In this document: positions 39,358-49,980 of the stretch, one piece after another
Layout of the letters: every line of letters begins with the position of its first letter
Position numbering within the stretch: the first letter of the stretch is position 1
DNA from: Candidatus Woesearchaeota archaeon
Lineage (GTDB): Archaea > Nanobdellota > Nanobdellia > Woesearchaeales > UBA583
Reading direction: 5' to 3'
Assembly: GCA_965205335.1 (NCBI GenBank)
Contig: OZ242164.1
Span: 288,001-352,000, forward strand
DNA length: 64,000 nucleotides
Notes under the pieces: generated by a model
The model's database searches: none
Told to the model about the DNA's origin: nothing
Seen by the model: only the letters and a program-made list of their open reading frames with translations
Program-made: the position numbers and the translations under genes

Positions 39358-41079
39358 ATGAGTTCAGAGAGTGTAAATGTGTCCAAAGAAGCAGGATTTA
39401 TATGGGAGATTGCCAATGATTTGAGAGGTAATTTCAAACAATATGAGTTTCAGGACATAATTTTGCCATTAATTGTATTAAGAAGATTAGAAATCAGGCT
39501 GGAAAGGACAAGAACAGATGTAAAGAATAAACTTTCAGACAATCATTCACTTAGAAAGCTTAATGATGAGGAATTTAATAATAATGAGCAGGTTGGAGAG
39601 ATTATTTATGGTAGAATTAATTACAATAACAGTTCACAATACACTTTCAGAAAATTAATCGGGGATGATGAGAAGAATATAAAAGAGAACTTTTCTTCTT
39701 ATCTTGATGGTTATTCAGAGAATATCAAACATATTTTTGTAAATTTTGGTTTCTATGAGAAAGTAAAAGAACTTGCAAAACATAAGTTACTTTTAACTTT
39801 AATTAAAAAGTTTTCAAATCCTGAGCTTGACTTCTTATCTCCTTATGTAACATCTAATGAGAAGATGGGTTACATTTTTGAGGACTTGATTAGAAGGTTT
39901 GCAGAACAGTCCAATGAAACGGCAGGAGAGCATTTTACACCACGAGAAGTTATTCAGTTAATGGTCAGGTTGCTCGGAATTGAGGATTTTCATATAAAGG
40001 AAGGCAAGGATATTAATATATATGATGTTGCTTGCGGAACAGGTGGTATGCTTACAATGGCAGAGAAATATATTAAGGATGAATTGGGGTTAAAAAATGC
40101 AGTTAATCTTTACGGGCAGGAATTAAATCCCAAGTCTTATGCTGTATGTTATAGTGATATGCTTTTGAAGGGTGGAAATCCAACTAATATTAAGGAGGGA
40201 AATTCTTTGACTGATGAGGATAAACTTGATGGTTACAGGTTTGATTTTATGCTTTCCAATCCTCCTTTCGGGGTTTCATGGTCACAGTATGCAGATAAGA
40301 TTTTTGATAAAAAGTCAAAGAAGGTTTATATTGAGAAGTATTCAATGGGTGTTCCAAGAAGCAGTGATGGTTCTCTGCTGTTTTTGTTAAATATGATTTC
40401 CAAGATGAGAAATGAAAAGGATGGGGGTTCTGGCATTGCAATTGTTTTTAGCGGTTCTCCATTATTTTCTGGCGATGCAGGAAGCGGTGAGAGTAATATT
40501 AGAAAGTATTTGTTAGAGAATGATTTGATTGAAACTATTGTTGCACTGCCAACTAATTTGTTTTATAATACTGGTATTGGGACTTACGTCTGGATTGTAA
40601 GAAATAATAAGGCAAAAACTAAGAGAGAAGGAAAGGTTCAGTTGATTAATGCAGTTTCTTTTTATGAGAAAATGAAGAAGTCTCTTGGAGATAAGAGGCA
40701 TTTTATTTCTTCTGAGCAGATTGATAAGGTTTCTAAAACTCATAAGGAGTTTAGAGAAGGTGAGTTTTCAAAGATTTTCAGGACAACAGATTTTGGGTTT
40801 GCAAAGGTAAGTTTAACTCTTGATGATATTGATGAGAATGACAAGAGTATAAAGGTTAATGATGCTGAGAAGATTCCTCTTAATGAGAATAAGGAAGAGT
40901 ATTTGAGAAGAGAAGTTGAATTGCCATACAAGATTAAAAAGGAAGTTGTTGGATATGAGGTTAATTTCACTCAATATTTCTATAAATACGAAGAATTAAG
41001 AGGTTTAAAGAAAATAAGCAAGGAAATTCAGGACATTGAAAAAGAGAATTCAAAGTTGTTAAAAGACTTGGAGCTATAG
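39358..41079 (+). CDS. hsdM: Type I RM methyltransferase subunit
   Basis: FIWEIANDLRG, AGEHFTPREV, YDVACGTGGM, NPPF, LFYNTGI. Confidence 0.95.
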   Translation: MSSESVNVSKEAGFIWEIANDLRGNFKQYEFQDIILPLIVLRRLEIRLERTRTDVKNKLSDNHSLRKLNDEEFNNNEQVGEIIYGRINYNNSSQYTFRKLIGDDEKNIKENFSSYLDGYSENIKHIFVNFGFYEKVKELAKHKLLLTLIKKFSNPELDFLSPYVTSNEKMGYIFEDLIRRFAEQSNETAGEHFTPREVIQLMVRLLGIEDFHIKEGKDINIYDVACGTGGMLTMAEKYIKDELGLKNAVNLYGQELNPKSYAVCYSDMLLKGGNPTNIKEGNSLTDEDKLDGYRFDFMLSNPPFGVSWSQYADKIFDKKSKKVYIEKYSMGVPRSSDGSLLFLLNMISKMRNEKDGGSGIAIVFSGSPLFSGDAGSGESNIRKYLLENDLIETIVALPTNLFYNTGIGTYVWIVRNNKAKTKREGKVQLINAVSFYEKMKKSLGDKRHFISSEQIDKVSKTHKEFREGEFSKIFRTTDFGFAKVSLTLDDIDENDKSIKVNDAEKIPLNENKEEYLRREVELPYKIKKEVVGYEVNFTQYFYKYEELRGLKKISKEIQDIEKENSKLLKDLEL

Positions 41080-41080
41080 A

Positions 41081-41527
41081 ATGGAAGTTGCTAATATAAA
41101 AGAAAAAGTAAATATTGCTTTGGATATTTTATATAGCAATGATTATTATTTAATTGAAAATAATCTTCACGAACAATCAATTTCTCATAAATTAGCAGAA
41201 TATTTACAAATACTATTCAAAGAATATAACATTGACTGTGAGTTTAACAGAAGAGAAACTACCGATGTCAAAAAAGCAACTTTATCAGATAATGAAGAAC
41301 ATATAATTAAACCTGATATAATAATTCATAAAAGAGGTACTCAGAGAGATAATTTATTAATTATTGAAATTAAAAAAGGAATAGAAAATGAAGTTAATAA
41401 TGATATTGAAAAATTAAAATCTATGACTGGTGATGGATATGGATACAAATTAGGTTTGTTTTTAGAATTATATAGAGATAAACAAAACACAATAGAAAGA
41501 TGGTTTGAGGAAGGTAAAGAACAATGA
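41081..41527 (+). CDS. Small PD-(D/E)XK nuclease-like protein
   Basis: HEQSISHKLA.YL, IDCEFNR, KPDIIIHKRG..NLLIIEIKK. Confidence 0.7.
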   Translation: MEVANIKEKVNIALDILYSNDYYLIENNLHEQSISHKLAEYLQILFKEYNIDCEFNRRETTDVKKATLSDNEEHIIKPDIIIHKRGTQRDNLLIIEIKKGIENEVNNDIEKLKSMTGDGYGYKLGLFLELYRDKQNTIERWFEEGKEQ

Positions 41528-41573
41528 GAACATATAAAGAATTCAAAATTATTAAGAGAGTTAGGGTTATAAA

Positions 41574-42353
41574 ATGGGATATGAAATAATTGGATTAAAA
41601 ATAGAAACATTAACTGATATTGGAGTTTTCATAACTATTTCTATTGCAATCATTTATCTATTAGGAAGATTAAATACAGCAGGAGTTTATATGAAAGAAG
41701 ATAAAGTGAGAATTTATTTAAGAGGTGTACTTATTTTATTTTATCTTTTTCTTTTGCCTCTTTATACAATATATCTTTTTTTTAACGATAAATTAAGTGA
41801 AATACTAGATATTAAATTACTTTTAATTATAGGTCTGCAAGTTATAATATTCAATTGCTTTCGTCTTTTTTACCATAAACCCTATTCATTAAGAAGACAT
41901 GATGTTAATCTTGAAGAATATCTTGAGAAGTCATTGGATAGCATTAAGAAAGTAAATATTGAATTTTACAAAAGGCTACTAAAAACTATTGAAAAAATGA
42001 GAAATTCCAATAGTTTAACTTTCTTTTATAATGTTTTTCCACACATATTTTTATATAGTAACTTAAGCATTTTTTATTATGTAGTATTCGTTAATGATAT
42101 TTTGTTTTTTAAACTTATTTCAACAGGATTATTATTTATCTTTTACTTACATTATCTTACATATAGAAGTTTTAAATATGATAATTCATATCCTCAGGTT
42201 AAGATTAAAATAGATAATGAAAAAAAGATGATAATAGGTAATCTATTAAGAATTGAGGGGAATTTATTATATATTTCAGACAATAAGAATAATAAATACT
42301 ACGAAATTAACACTGATAAAATAATTTATAAGGAGTTTAAGAAAGATGGATAA
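41574..42353 (+). CDS. Multi-pass membrane hypothetical protein
   Basis: About 5 hydrophobic helices and a small C-terminal beta domain. Confidence 0.65.
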   Translation: MGYEIIGLKIETLTDIGVFITISIAIIYLLGRLNTAGVYMKEDKVRIYLRGVLILFYLFLLPLYTIYLFFNDKLSEILDIKLLLIIGLQVIIFNCFRLFYHKPYSLRRHDVNLEEYLEKSLDSIKKVNIEFYKRLLKTIEKMRNSNSLTFFYNVFPHIFLYSNLSIFYYVVFVNDILFFKLISTGLLFIFYLHYLTYRSFKYDNSYPQVKIKIDNEKKMIIGNLLRIEGNLLYISDNKNNKYYEINTDKIIYKEFKKDG

Positions 42354-42368
42354 AAAAAGGAACAAAAA

Positions 42369-43568
42369 ATGAAGAAAGAACAACACTCTGAATTAATTGA
42401 ATTGATAACAGAATTATTTAAGATGTTTGAAAAATTACCAACTTCAATGGAACGTACTGATATAATTTATCTTGAACAAGGTGAATATATAACTTGGATA
42501 AATTATCAAATTAATACTTTAGATGATAGTTTTAATTTACTTCACAATAATTCATATAAATCTTCTTTTACGTTAATTAGAAGTGCCTATGAAAGTTACT
42601 GGGTTATACTATTAGCGATGCTCGGTGATAGATATTATATCAAATATATACCAAAAGAAGGAAGTAATATTCAGAAAATTCATCAGCAATACGTAAGAGA
42701 TTTTGAAGAAAATAAAAAAGAAAGAGAAGAACAGGGAATAATCAAGATTCACAACATAAAAAACAATAGTTTTAAAATTGAATACTTCGGCAGAAAAAAT
42801 CAAGAAGGAGAAATAATCCCTCACTATTATTTTTTATTTAATGAATACAATCCAGAAATTGCTTATTTGGGTTTTGAAGAAGGCTATTATGAAAGTGATA
42901 AATTATCTGAGATTCAAGATGAAATGGAGAATAGACATAAGGACTTAAATTATTATTTTAGATTTGAGAAAGGAATAAAAGAAAATTTAATATTAAATAA
43001 TTTAGTTACTGAAAAAGATTTTGAAAAAATGTTGGTTCATTATAGTTTTTTAAGTACTTGGACACACTTTTCAAAACAGTCAATAGATATAATTGAAGGA
43101 AATACATACAGAATTGAAGACTATAAACAAATTAATACTAAGTATAATTTTTATTTAACAAGGCTAAGTTTATTATACATAGGAAATCTATTATCAATGT
43201 ATTTGAAGTTGTGGATTAAATTTGGTAAAAAGCAAATTTCAGAAAAGAAATTAAAAGATTTAAAATTCGTTGAAGAATTTGAAGATTTAATTAATAAATT
43301 TGAAGAAAAAATAGATTATTTCTGGTTTATATTTAACAAACCTTCTGCTTATTTCAAATGGGAATATTGTTGTAAACAACTGTGCAAAAATATAAAATCT
43401 GCTGATAAATTAAAATTAATAGATTATAACTTAATTGAGGATAGATTAATACCATATTATAAAAATCCATTAAAATCACTGAAAGAAATGAGTCACAATA
43501 GGCATAATAGAGTTGTAGGTTATTATAGAAGTCCTTTAATTGATGATATTAATAGAGAGGGGACATAA
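42369..43568 (+). CDS. Hypothetical protein (possible HEPN-like helical fold)
   Basis: 399-aa ORF; LIRSAYE and YSFLSTWTH resemble R..E / Y..LS...H patterns of some HEPN-like families (inference). Confidence 0.5.
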   Translation: MKKEQHSELIELITELFKMFEKLPTSMERTDIIYLEQGEYITWINYQINTLDDSFNLLHNNSYKSSFTLIRSAYESYWVILLAMLGDRYYIKYIPKEGSNIQKIHQQYVRDFEENKKEREEQGIIKIHNIKNNSFKIEYFGRKNQEGEIIPHYYFLFNEYNPEIAYLGFEEGYYESDKLSEIQDEMENRHKDLNYYFRFEKGIKENLILNNLVTEKDFEKMLVHYSFLSTWTHFSKQSIDIIEGNTYRIEDYKQINTKYNFYLTRLSLLYIGNLLSMYLKLWIKFGKKQISEKKLKDLKFVEEFEDLINKFEEKIDYFWFIFNKPSAYFKWEYCCKQLCKNIKSADKLKLIDYNLIEDRLIPYYKNPLKSLKEMSHNRHNRVVGYYRSPLIDDINREGT

Positions 43569-43569
43569 G

Positions 43570-44892
43570 ATGAAAACAGATAATAAATATAAGGACAGTG
43601 GAATTGAATGGATTGGTGAAATTCCAAATCATTGGGAAGTTAAGAAGTTAAAACAATTTAGTTATTTCTATAATGGGAATGGATTTCCAGAGATTGAACA
43701 AGGAAAAACAAGTGGAGATTATCCCTTTCTTAAGGTTAGTGATATTAACAATCCAGATGAGATATATATTAGTAAAGGAAATAACTATGTTTCAAAAGAA
43801 TTAGTTTTAGAAAGAAAGTGGATAATCATTAAACCTAATTCAATACTATTTCCAAAAATAGGAGAAGCATTATTAAAAAATCATAGAAAAATCAATAGAA
43901 GAGAAGTTCTGATAGATAATAATATGATGAGTATGAATTTAAGAAAAAGTAAAATTGTTATGAGTTATTTTTTTCATATGTTTAAATATTTTGATATGAA
44001 AATTTTTATCAATATTTCATCAGTTCCATCATTAAATACACAATTATTTTATAATTATAAAATTCCTCTCCCTCCACTACCAGAACAAAAAGCAATCGCA
44101 AAATATCTTGACAATAAAACCCAACAAATTGATAAGTTAATTGAGAATACTCAAAGTCAAATTGAAGAATTAAAGGAGTATGAAAAATCCTTGATTAACA
44201 AATGCGTGACAAAAGGATTAAATGAAAATGTTAAATTAAAAGACAGCGGAATTGAATGGGTTGGAGAAATTCCAAAGCATTGGGAAATTAAGAGAATAAA
44301 AAATAATACTTATATTAAAGCAAGAATTGGTTGGCAGGGTTTAACATCAAAAGAATACTTAGAAGAAGGAGAATATTATTTAGTTACTGGAACTGATTTT
44401 AATGGTAATACTATTAAATGGGAAACTTGTCATTATGTTGAAAAAGAAAGATATGAACAAGACAAATATATTCAATTAAAACTAAGAGATATTTTAATTA
44501 CAAAAGATGGAACTATTGGAAAAGTTGCAATGATACACAAATTACCTAAAAAAGCAACATTAAATAGCGGTGTGTTTGTAATTAGACCTAAAAATGAAGC
44601 ATATATCCCAAGATTTATGTTTTGGATATTAAAATCTTTTATATTTACTTCATTTATTGATTTGATTAAAACTGGTTCTACTATTGCTCACTTATATCAA
44701 AGAGATTTTAATGAATTACATTACACACTCCCACCACTACCAGAACAAAAAGCAATCGCCCAATTTCTTGACAGTAAAACAGAAAATATTCAAAATCTAA
44801 TCAAAAACAAAGAAAAACAGATTGAATTGTATCAGGAATTAAGAAAAACTCTTGTAAATAATGCTGTAACAGGAAAGATTAAAATAATCTGA
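43570..44892 (+). CDS. hsdS: Type I RM specificity subunit
   Basis: Two conserved repeats KDSGIEW.GEIP.HWE and LPPLPEQKAIA flank two TRDs; likely start MKTDNKYK at 43570. Confidence 0.95.
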   Translation: MKTDNKYKDSGIEWIGEIPNHWEVKKLKQFSYFYNGNGFPEIEQGKTSGDYPFLKVSDINNPDEIYISKGNNYVSKELVLERKWIIIKPNSILFPKIGEALLKNHRKINRREVLIDNNMMSMNLRKSKIVMSYFFHMFKYFDMKIFINISSVPSLNTQLFYNYKIPLPPLPEQKAIAKYLDNKTQQIDKLIENTQSQIEELKEYEKSLINKCVTKGLNENVKLKDSGIEWVGEIPKHWEIKRIKNNTYIKARIGWQGLTSKEYLEEGEYYLVTGTDFNGNTIKWETCHYVEKERYEQDKYIQLKLRDILITKDGTIGKVAMIHKLPKKATLNSGVFVIRPKNEAYIPRFMFWILKSFIFTSFIDLIKTGSTIAHLYQRDFNELHYTLPPLPEQKAIAQFLDSKTENIQNLIKNKEKQIELYQELRKTLVNNAVTGKIKII

Positions 44893-45072
44893 CACCATCT
44901 TTATAACAACCACTTCTAAAAAAGAAGTAATTACTACAAAAAAAGAAGTAGTTTTATAGATAAAATATAACAGTAATAAAGCAGATTATACATACAAACA
45001 TATCTTATTATTAAAAATGCATAGATTAAGGTTCTGGTGTAAAATAGTAGGATGTTTACTTTAGAATATAAA

Positions 45073-45477
45073 TCAGTTTTTAAAATATTTTTTAAGCCGT
45101 ACCTTATTAAAGTCTTCTGATTTGTTTTTTAAATAACATTCAATCAGATAAATTATTTTATTCTCTTCATCAATTCCGTAAATTACTCTCACAGAATTTC
45201 CATTTATATTTTTGGTGCGTTTTATTCCTCTCAACTTAAAAAATCTTATTTTATCCGTTATCCCCTGCTTATTTAAATTAGGTATTTGAGGGTTATCCCA
45301 TAAACGATGTCCTTGCTCTGCTTCTAAAATAGTTTTAATAGGTTTTAATGCATCATTAAGATTAGATTTTTTATTTTTATCTATCTTCTTTACATCTTTT
45401 TTAAATTCATTAAGTTCTTTTAATTTGAAGAATTCCTGATTCTGTTTATCATTATCAAATGCAATTTTATAATCCCT
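45073..45477 (-). CDS. RelE/HigB-like toxin ORF without canonical start codon (absent from ORF track)
   Basis: About 135 open codons: KELNEFKKDVKKI...VRVIYGIDEENKIIYLIECYLKNKSEDF; directly downstream of Panacea. Confidence 0.65.
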   Translation of the reverse strand, partial: RDYKIAFDNDKQNQEFFKLKELNEFKKDVKKIDKNKKSNLNDALKPIKTILEAEQGHRLWDNPQIPNLNKQGITDKIRFFKLRGIKRTKNINGNSVRVIYGIDEENKIIYLIECYLKNKSEDFNKVRLKKYFKN

Positions 45478-45997
45478 CTGACTGTTCTAACTGTTTTAGA
45501 TTTTCCTCATTAACAGAAAGAAAATTATCTCTGTATAAAACCAAATCATAATTAATTACTTTTCCATATTTTGTTGTTCTCCAAGTTATGTCTTCATGCA
45601 ACATATTGCAAAGCTCCCCCCCACTGAAATTTCCAAATTTCTCTAAGATAAAGTCTATAAATTTTATTTCATCTTCATTAAAAACCTCATCAGGACGTAT
45701 GGTCTTTGAAATAAAGAATTTCTCAGAATTGTTTTCCATGCCAACATCTTCCTCTTCCTTTGTTATAGTTTTTTCATCTAATAATTCTTTAATTTCCTCT
45801 TTAAAGTGTATTGGGACAGGACCTCCCTCTATTGCTTTATACTTTTCTCCCGTTAAATATTTCTCATACTTTTCATAATAACCAAAATCACAAAGATATA
45901 ATAATTTCAAAAGTTGGACTTTGCCATGATTTCTATTTGTAATTTTTGAAATTATATAACAAATTAATTCCCTAAACCTTTTTTTATTATAAGTCAT
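45467..45997 (-). CDS. Panacea (SocA/DUF4065) antitoxin
   Basis: QLLKLLYLCDF..Y......TGEKY.A...GPVP, L....H...W. Confidence 0.85.
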   Translation of the reverse strand: MTYNKKRFRELICYIISKITNRNHGKVQLLKLLYLCDFGYYEKYEKYLTGEKYKAIEGGPVPIHFKEEIKELLDEKTITKEEEDVGMENNSEKFFISKTIRPDEVFNEDEIKFIDFILEKFGNFSGGELCNMLHEDITWRTTKYGKVINYDLVLYRDNFLSVNEENLKQLEQSEGL

Positions 45998-46362
45998 ATC
46001 TTTTCACCTTAATGAATTACTAACTTCATCCTGATTTTCTTCTATTTTACCTCATCCACGTACTTTCAGTTTATATTATTATTCATAAACTACCAAGTTA
46101 TAACCGTGCATTGGTTAATTCTATATATAACTAAGATATAAATGATTATAAATTTAACGCTTCTTTGAGCACTGTCCATATAATCCTATAAGACAACTGG
46201 AAACGATGTTTTTAACCATTTTGCTGACGTTAGCAAAAAGGTTGATTTAAGTTTTAGTTCAAAAAGAGAAGTAATTTTATAAATGACAAATAAAATTATT
46301 TAATACAAAGTGTTAAAAATATAAGACACCCATATCTAACAAAGAATAGTGCTAAAAACTGA

Positions 46363-49248
46363 TTGAAGATGAATAAACACACAAACCAGATGCTGAGCGA
46401 GGAAAAGTTTGAAACCCATTTTTGCAAAAAACTAGAAGAACACAACTACAAGCAAAGAACTAACGAAAATACTGAAAAAGACCTTCACATAGATTATGAA
46501 ACGCTTGAACTATTTCTAAACAGAACGCAAGAAGATACATTCAACGACTTCAAAGAAACATACAAAAACTGGCAACCCAAATTTGAACAGGCAATTAAAA
46601 AAGCATTAAAAAACAAAGAACTAATTCAAGTCATTCAGTCAGGAATCACAATTGAAGCTACATACACTTTCAATTTAGTATATACAAAGAACACAACAAC
46701 TTTCAACAAAGACCAAGACAGATTAGTTAAAGAAAACATCTTCTCATACATCAGACAATACAAATTTGATGCAAACTCCGAAAAATCAATTGACATAGTT
46801 TTGTTCCTTAACGGATTTCCCATAACAACAATTGAATTAAAATACAAACAGAAAGCACAGGATGTATTTGATGCAGTTGAACAGTACTTCAAAAGAGATT
46901 TGAATATGAAAATATTCACCCTTCCCTTCCTGCACATTGCATCAGACAACGACAGAGTAAGAATTGCAACCAAATTCTATGAAAAAACAACAGAGGACTT
47001 TAAGTCCTTTAACACAGACACAATTAATCCCATCGTGAAAGGAGATGAATACAGAACACAATATCTGTATAATGATGTTCTAACCCCTGCATCGCTTCTT
47101 AATTTAATTAGAAACTTCGTATTCGTTGATAAAAGTGAAAAACTAATCTTTCCGAGATACCATCAAAGAAGAGTTGTCAATAAATTAATCAATGACATAT
47201 CAAAAACTTACAGGCAGACAAAAAATCTCAACATGAAATTCTTGATTGAACACTCAATGGGTTCAGGCAAGTCAAAAACAATCACATGGACTGCTGAACA
47301 ATTAAAAAACCTGCATATTGACAATGTTAAGGTATTCAATTCAATATTCATAATAACTGACAGAAAAGAATTACACACCCAAATTTCAGATGATTTTAAA
47401 CTAATGACAGGTGACGATGATAAAACTATTTATTATGCTAGAAACTCAAAAGAATTAAGCAAAGCAATCAAAAATGAAGAAAAAGTAATTGTTGTAATCC
47501 TTCATAACTTCTCTTATTTAAACAAAAAAGAATTGCAAATCAGAAAAGATTTTAAAATTTGTTATCTAATTGACGAACAGCACCGCAGTCATCAGGGAAA
47601 ATTACACAGTTCCATGACTGATTTCTTTGAAAAAATTGGTGATAATGATATGAAATTAAACTTCCCTAATTCCGCTTTCATTGGATTTACTGCAACTCCA
47701 ACAGATAAAACTCTGGAAAGATTCGGAACTAAAAACAATAAAGGCGTTTATGAAGCATATGACACGTACTCAATGGAACAGGCAATACAGGAAGGATATA
47801 TCTTAGATGTAACTCAAAACATCATTCCATTCAGAACCCTGTACAAACTAAGAAAAGACTGTGAGAATAAACTATTTGAAAAAGAATTCAATGCACTTCA
47901 AGTATATAAAGCAACCAAAAGGAAAGCATTTGAAGACCCGGACATCATCAGAAGCAAGGTAAAAATCATCCTGCATTATTTCAAAGATAAAGTTGAAAAA
48001 GAAATACAGGGAAAGGCAAAAGCAATGATTGTAACATCATCACGAAAATCAGCAATAGGTTACAAACACATCATTGATGAAGAAATTCAAAATTTAAACT
48101 ATGATTATAAAACTCTTGTTGCTTTTTCCGGAAAAGAGAGCCACAAAGAACTTGGAATTATTGACAAAACTGAAAACTCATTAAACAACTTTAAAGATGA
48201 CATCGCAGAAGAATTCAAAAAGAAGGAATACAGATTTTTAATTGTTGCAGACAAATACCAGACAGGTTTTGATGAACCCTATCTTTATGCAATGTTCTTG
48301 GACAAACCTCTAAAGGAAATAAATGCAGTCCAAACACTTGGGAGATTAAACAGGATTTGTCCAATGAAACCAAAACATCCAATTACTGTTGATTTTTCAA
48401 ATTCATATGAAGAAATTCAAACTGCATTTAGCAAGTTTATGAAAGCAAGAGATAGCAATATTGTAACAGATTACGAAGAATTAGTTGCGCTATACCAAAA
48501 TATTATGGGAAAAGGAATTCTTTCAACCGATGATTTCAATGAATACAGTATCATTTGTGATTTAGACAGAGACATTTTACAAACTAAATTTGAATTATTT
48601 ATGAATAGAATCAAGGACAAATACTATTCAAAAGATAAAATCACTAAAAATGAATTCAGGAAAAATCTTGGGAAATTCTCCCGTTCATTTAATTATATGA
48701 ACACAATCATAAAAATTGAAGATAGAAACATTGCATTACTTGGACTTCTTGCCAAACAATTATATCTTGCTCTTGCAGAAAATGATGGTTCAGGGCAAGA
48801 GATTAAATCTGCTCTTGAAAACTTGAAGATTGAAAAACACAAAATCATTGCCGTTGATAAAACGGAATATGAAGAAGTGAAAAGAGGAAAGCTAAATAAA
48901 GTTAAGGAAAGGGAAATTTCAAAATTAACTATTAATGAGATACTGGAACTTATTCAGGAAAACTTTGATATATACACATATAGTAAAGAGAGCAGGAGTT
49001 TTTTTGAAGAATATTTAAAATCAATGGTTGATAATGAAGAGTTAAGAAAAAAAATACTAAATACACCTGTTAGTGAAGAGTTCCAGGCAAAACAAAATAT
49101 AATGATTGATTTAGATAAAAAACTAAGAGAACGTATATTTTTTAAATTAAAGGGGGGAAATGAACTATTAGAAAGGTATAAGAGTAGTGATTTATTGGAC
49201 AAAATAAATGAACAGGCATATTTTCTAATAAAACAGGATTTGATGTGA
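46363..49248 (+). CDS. hsdR: Type I RM restriction subunit
   Basis: SIDIVLFLNG.P..TIELK nuclease, PRYHQ, HSMGSGKS, IDEQHRS, FTATP, KYQTGFD, QTLGRLNR. Confidence 0.95.
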   Translation: MKMNKHTNQMLSEEKFETHFCKKLEEHNYKQRTNENTEKDLHIDYETLELFLNRTQEDTFNDFKETYKNWQPKFEQAIKKALKNKELIQVIQSGITIEATYTFNLVYTKNTTTFNKDQDRLVKENIFSYIRQYKFDANSEKSIDIVLFLNGFPITTIELKYKQKAQDVFDAVEQYFKRDLNMKIFTLPFLHIASDNDRVRIATKFYEKTTEDFKSFNTDTINPIVKGDEYRTQYLYNDVLTPASLLNLIRNFVFVDKSEKLIFPRYHQRRVVNKLINDISKTYRQTKNLNMKFLIEHSMGSGKSKTITWTAEQLKNLHIDNVKVFNSIFIITDRKELHTQISDDFKLMTGDDDKTIYYARNSKELSKAIKNEEKVIVVILHNFSYLNKKELQIRKDFKICYLIDEQHRSHQGKLHSSMTDFFEKIGDNDMKLNFPNSAFIGFTATPTDKTLERFGTKNNKGVYEAYDTYSMEQAIQEGYILDVTQNIIPFRTLYKLRKDCENKLFEKEFNALQVYKATKRKAFEDPDIIRSKVKIILHYFKDKVEKEIQGKAKAMIVTSSRKSAIGYKHIIDEEIQNLNYDYKTLVAFSGKESHKELGIIDKTENSLNNFKDDIAEEFKKKEYRFLIVADKYQTGFDEPYLYAMFLDKPLKEINAVQTLGRLNRICPMKPKHPITVDFSNSYEEIQTAFSKFMKARDSNIVTDYEELVALYQNIMGKGILSTDDFNEYSIICDLDRDILQTKFELFMNRIKDKYYSKDKITKNEFRKNLGKFSRSFNYMNTIIKIEDRNIALLGLLAKQLYLALAENDGSGQEIKSALENLKIEKHKIIAVDKTEYEEVKRGKLNKVKEREISKLTINEILELIQENFDIYTYSKESRSFFEEYLKSMVDNEELRKKILNTPVSEEFQAKQNIMIDLDKKLRERIFFKLKGGNELLERYKSSDLLDKINEQAYFLIKQDLM

Positions 49249-49288
49249 AATAAAATTAAGAAAGTGTGAATTATATTTCACTGTTGTT

Positions 49289-49885
49289 CTAATCTAATAA
49301 TCCATTTAATTTAGCATAGAATCTTCGACACTCCTCTACTGAACCTGCCCAAGTAAGTGCACTAAAATCAAAACATAATTCCTTTGTCCTTTTTCCTGAA
49401 TTATATTTTACTTGAAGAACTGATTTATGGGGTCTAAAACTTTGACTATCTGTTCCTCCTCCAAGAAATCCTGTAACAAATCCCCTTCCTAAACTTGGAG
49501 TATAAGAATCATCAACAATATTTATCTCTTTAATATCTGCAAAATTAATTTCAAAATTCTCGAGATTTGCATTCTTGAAAACTAATTTATCACTCACTAT
49601 TGCCAGCCAACCGTCTGTAGGGTCAACAATAGATTTATGTCCTCCAAAAAACTTTACTGGTTTTTTAATAATTGAACCACTTATCTCTACATCTTCCGAA
49701 CTTTTTCTTTTCTTTCTAATATTACTATTTTTTTCTGAATCTTGTTTCACTTCACTTTCTGAGGATTTAATAAACCCCATAATTCCCATAATTACTAATA
49801 CAAATCCAACTCCTAACCATAAAGTTAGAATCCCAATTATAGTAAACCACCACCTATACTTGATACATATATCAATTAGTCCCAT
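49289..49885 (-). CDS. Membrane-anchored protein with PH-like domain
   Basis: N-terminal hydrophobic hairpin; FFGGH...G.L.....LVF.......I...DI. Confidence 0.5.
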   Translation of the reverse strand: MGLIDICIKYRWWFTIIGILTLWLGVGFVLVIMGIMGFIKSSESEVKQDSEKNSNIRKKRKSSEDVEISGSIIKKPVKFFGGHKSIVDPTDGWLAIVSDKLVFKNANLENFEINFADIKEINIVDDSYTPSLGRGFVTGFLGGGTDSQSFRPHKSVLQVKYNSGKRTKELCFDFSALTWAGSVEECRRFYAKLNGLLD

Positions 49886-49980
49886 TAATATTCAAATATT
49901 ATTATATTTATAAGATTATGTATGTGATATGTAATTGATTTGTAGATTTGCTTTTATTATATATTGATTACATATTAATT

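Noticed and set aside
47560-47600. HsdR Walker B reads DEQH instead of DEAH
   Set aside because: It still fits DExH and all other motor motifs are intact, so this is not evidence of inactivation.
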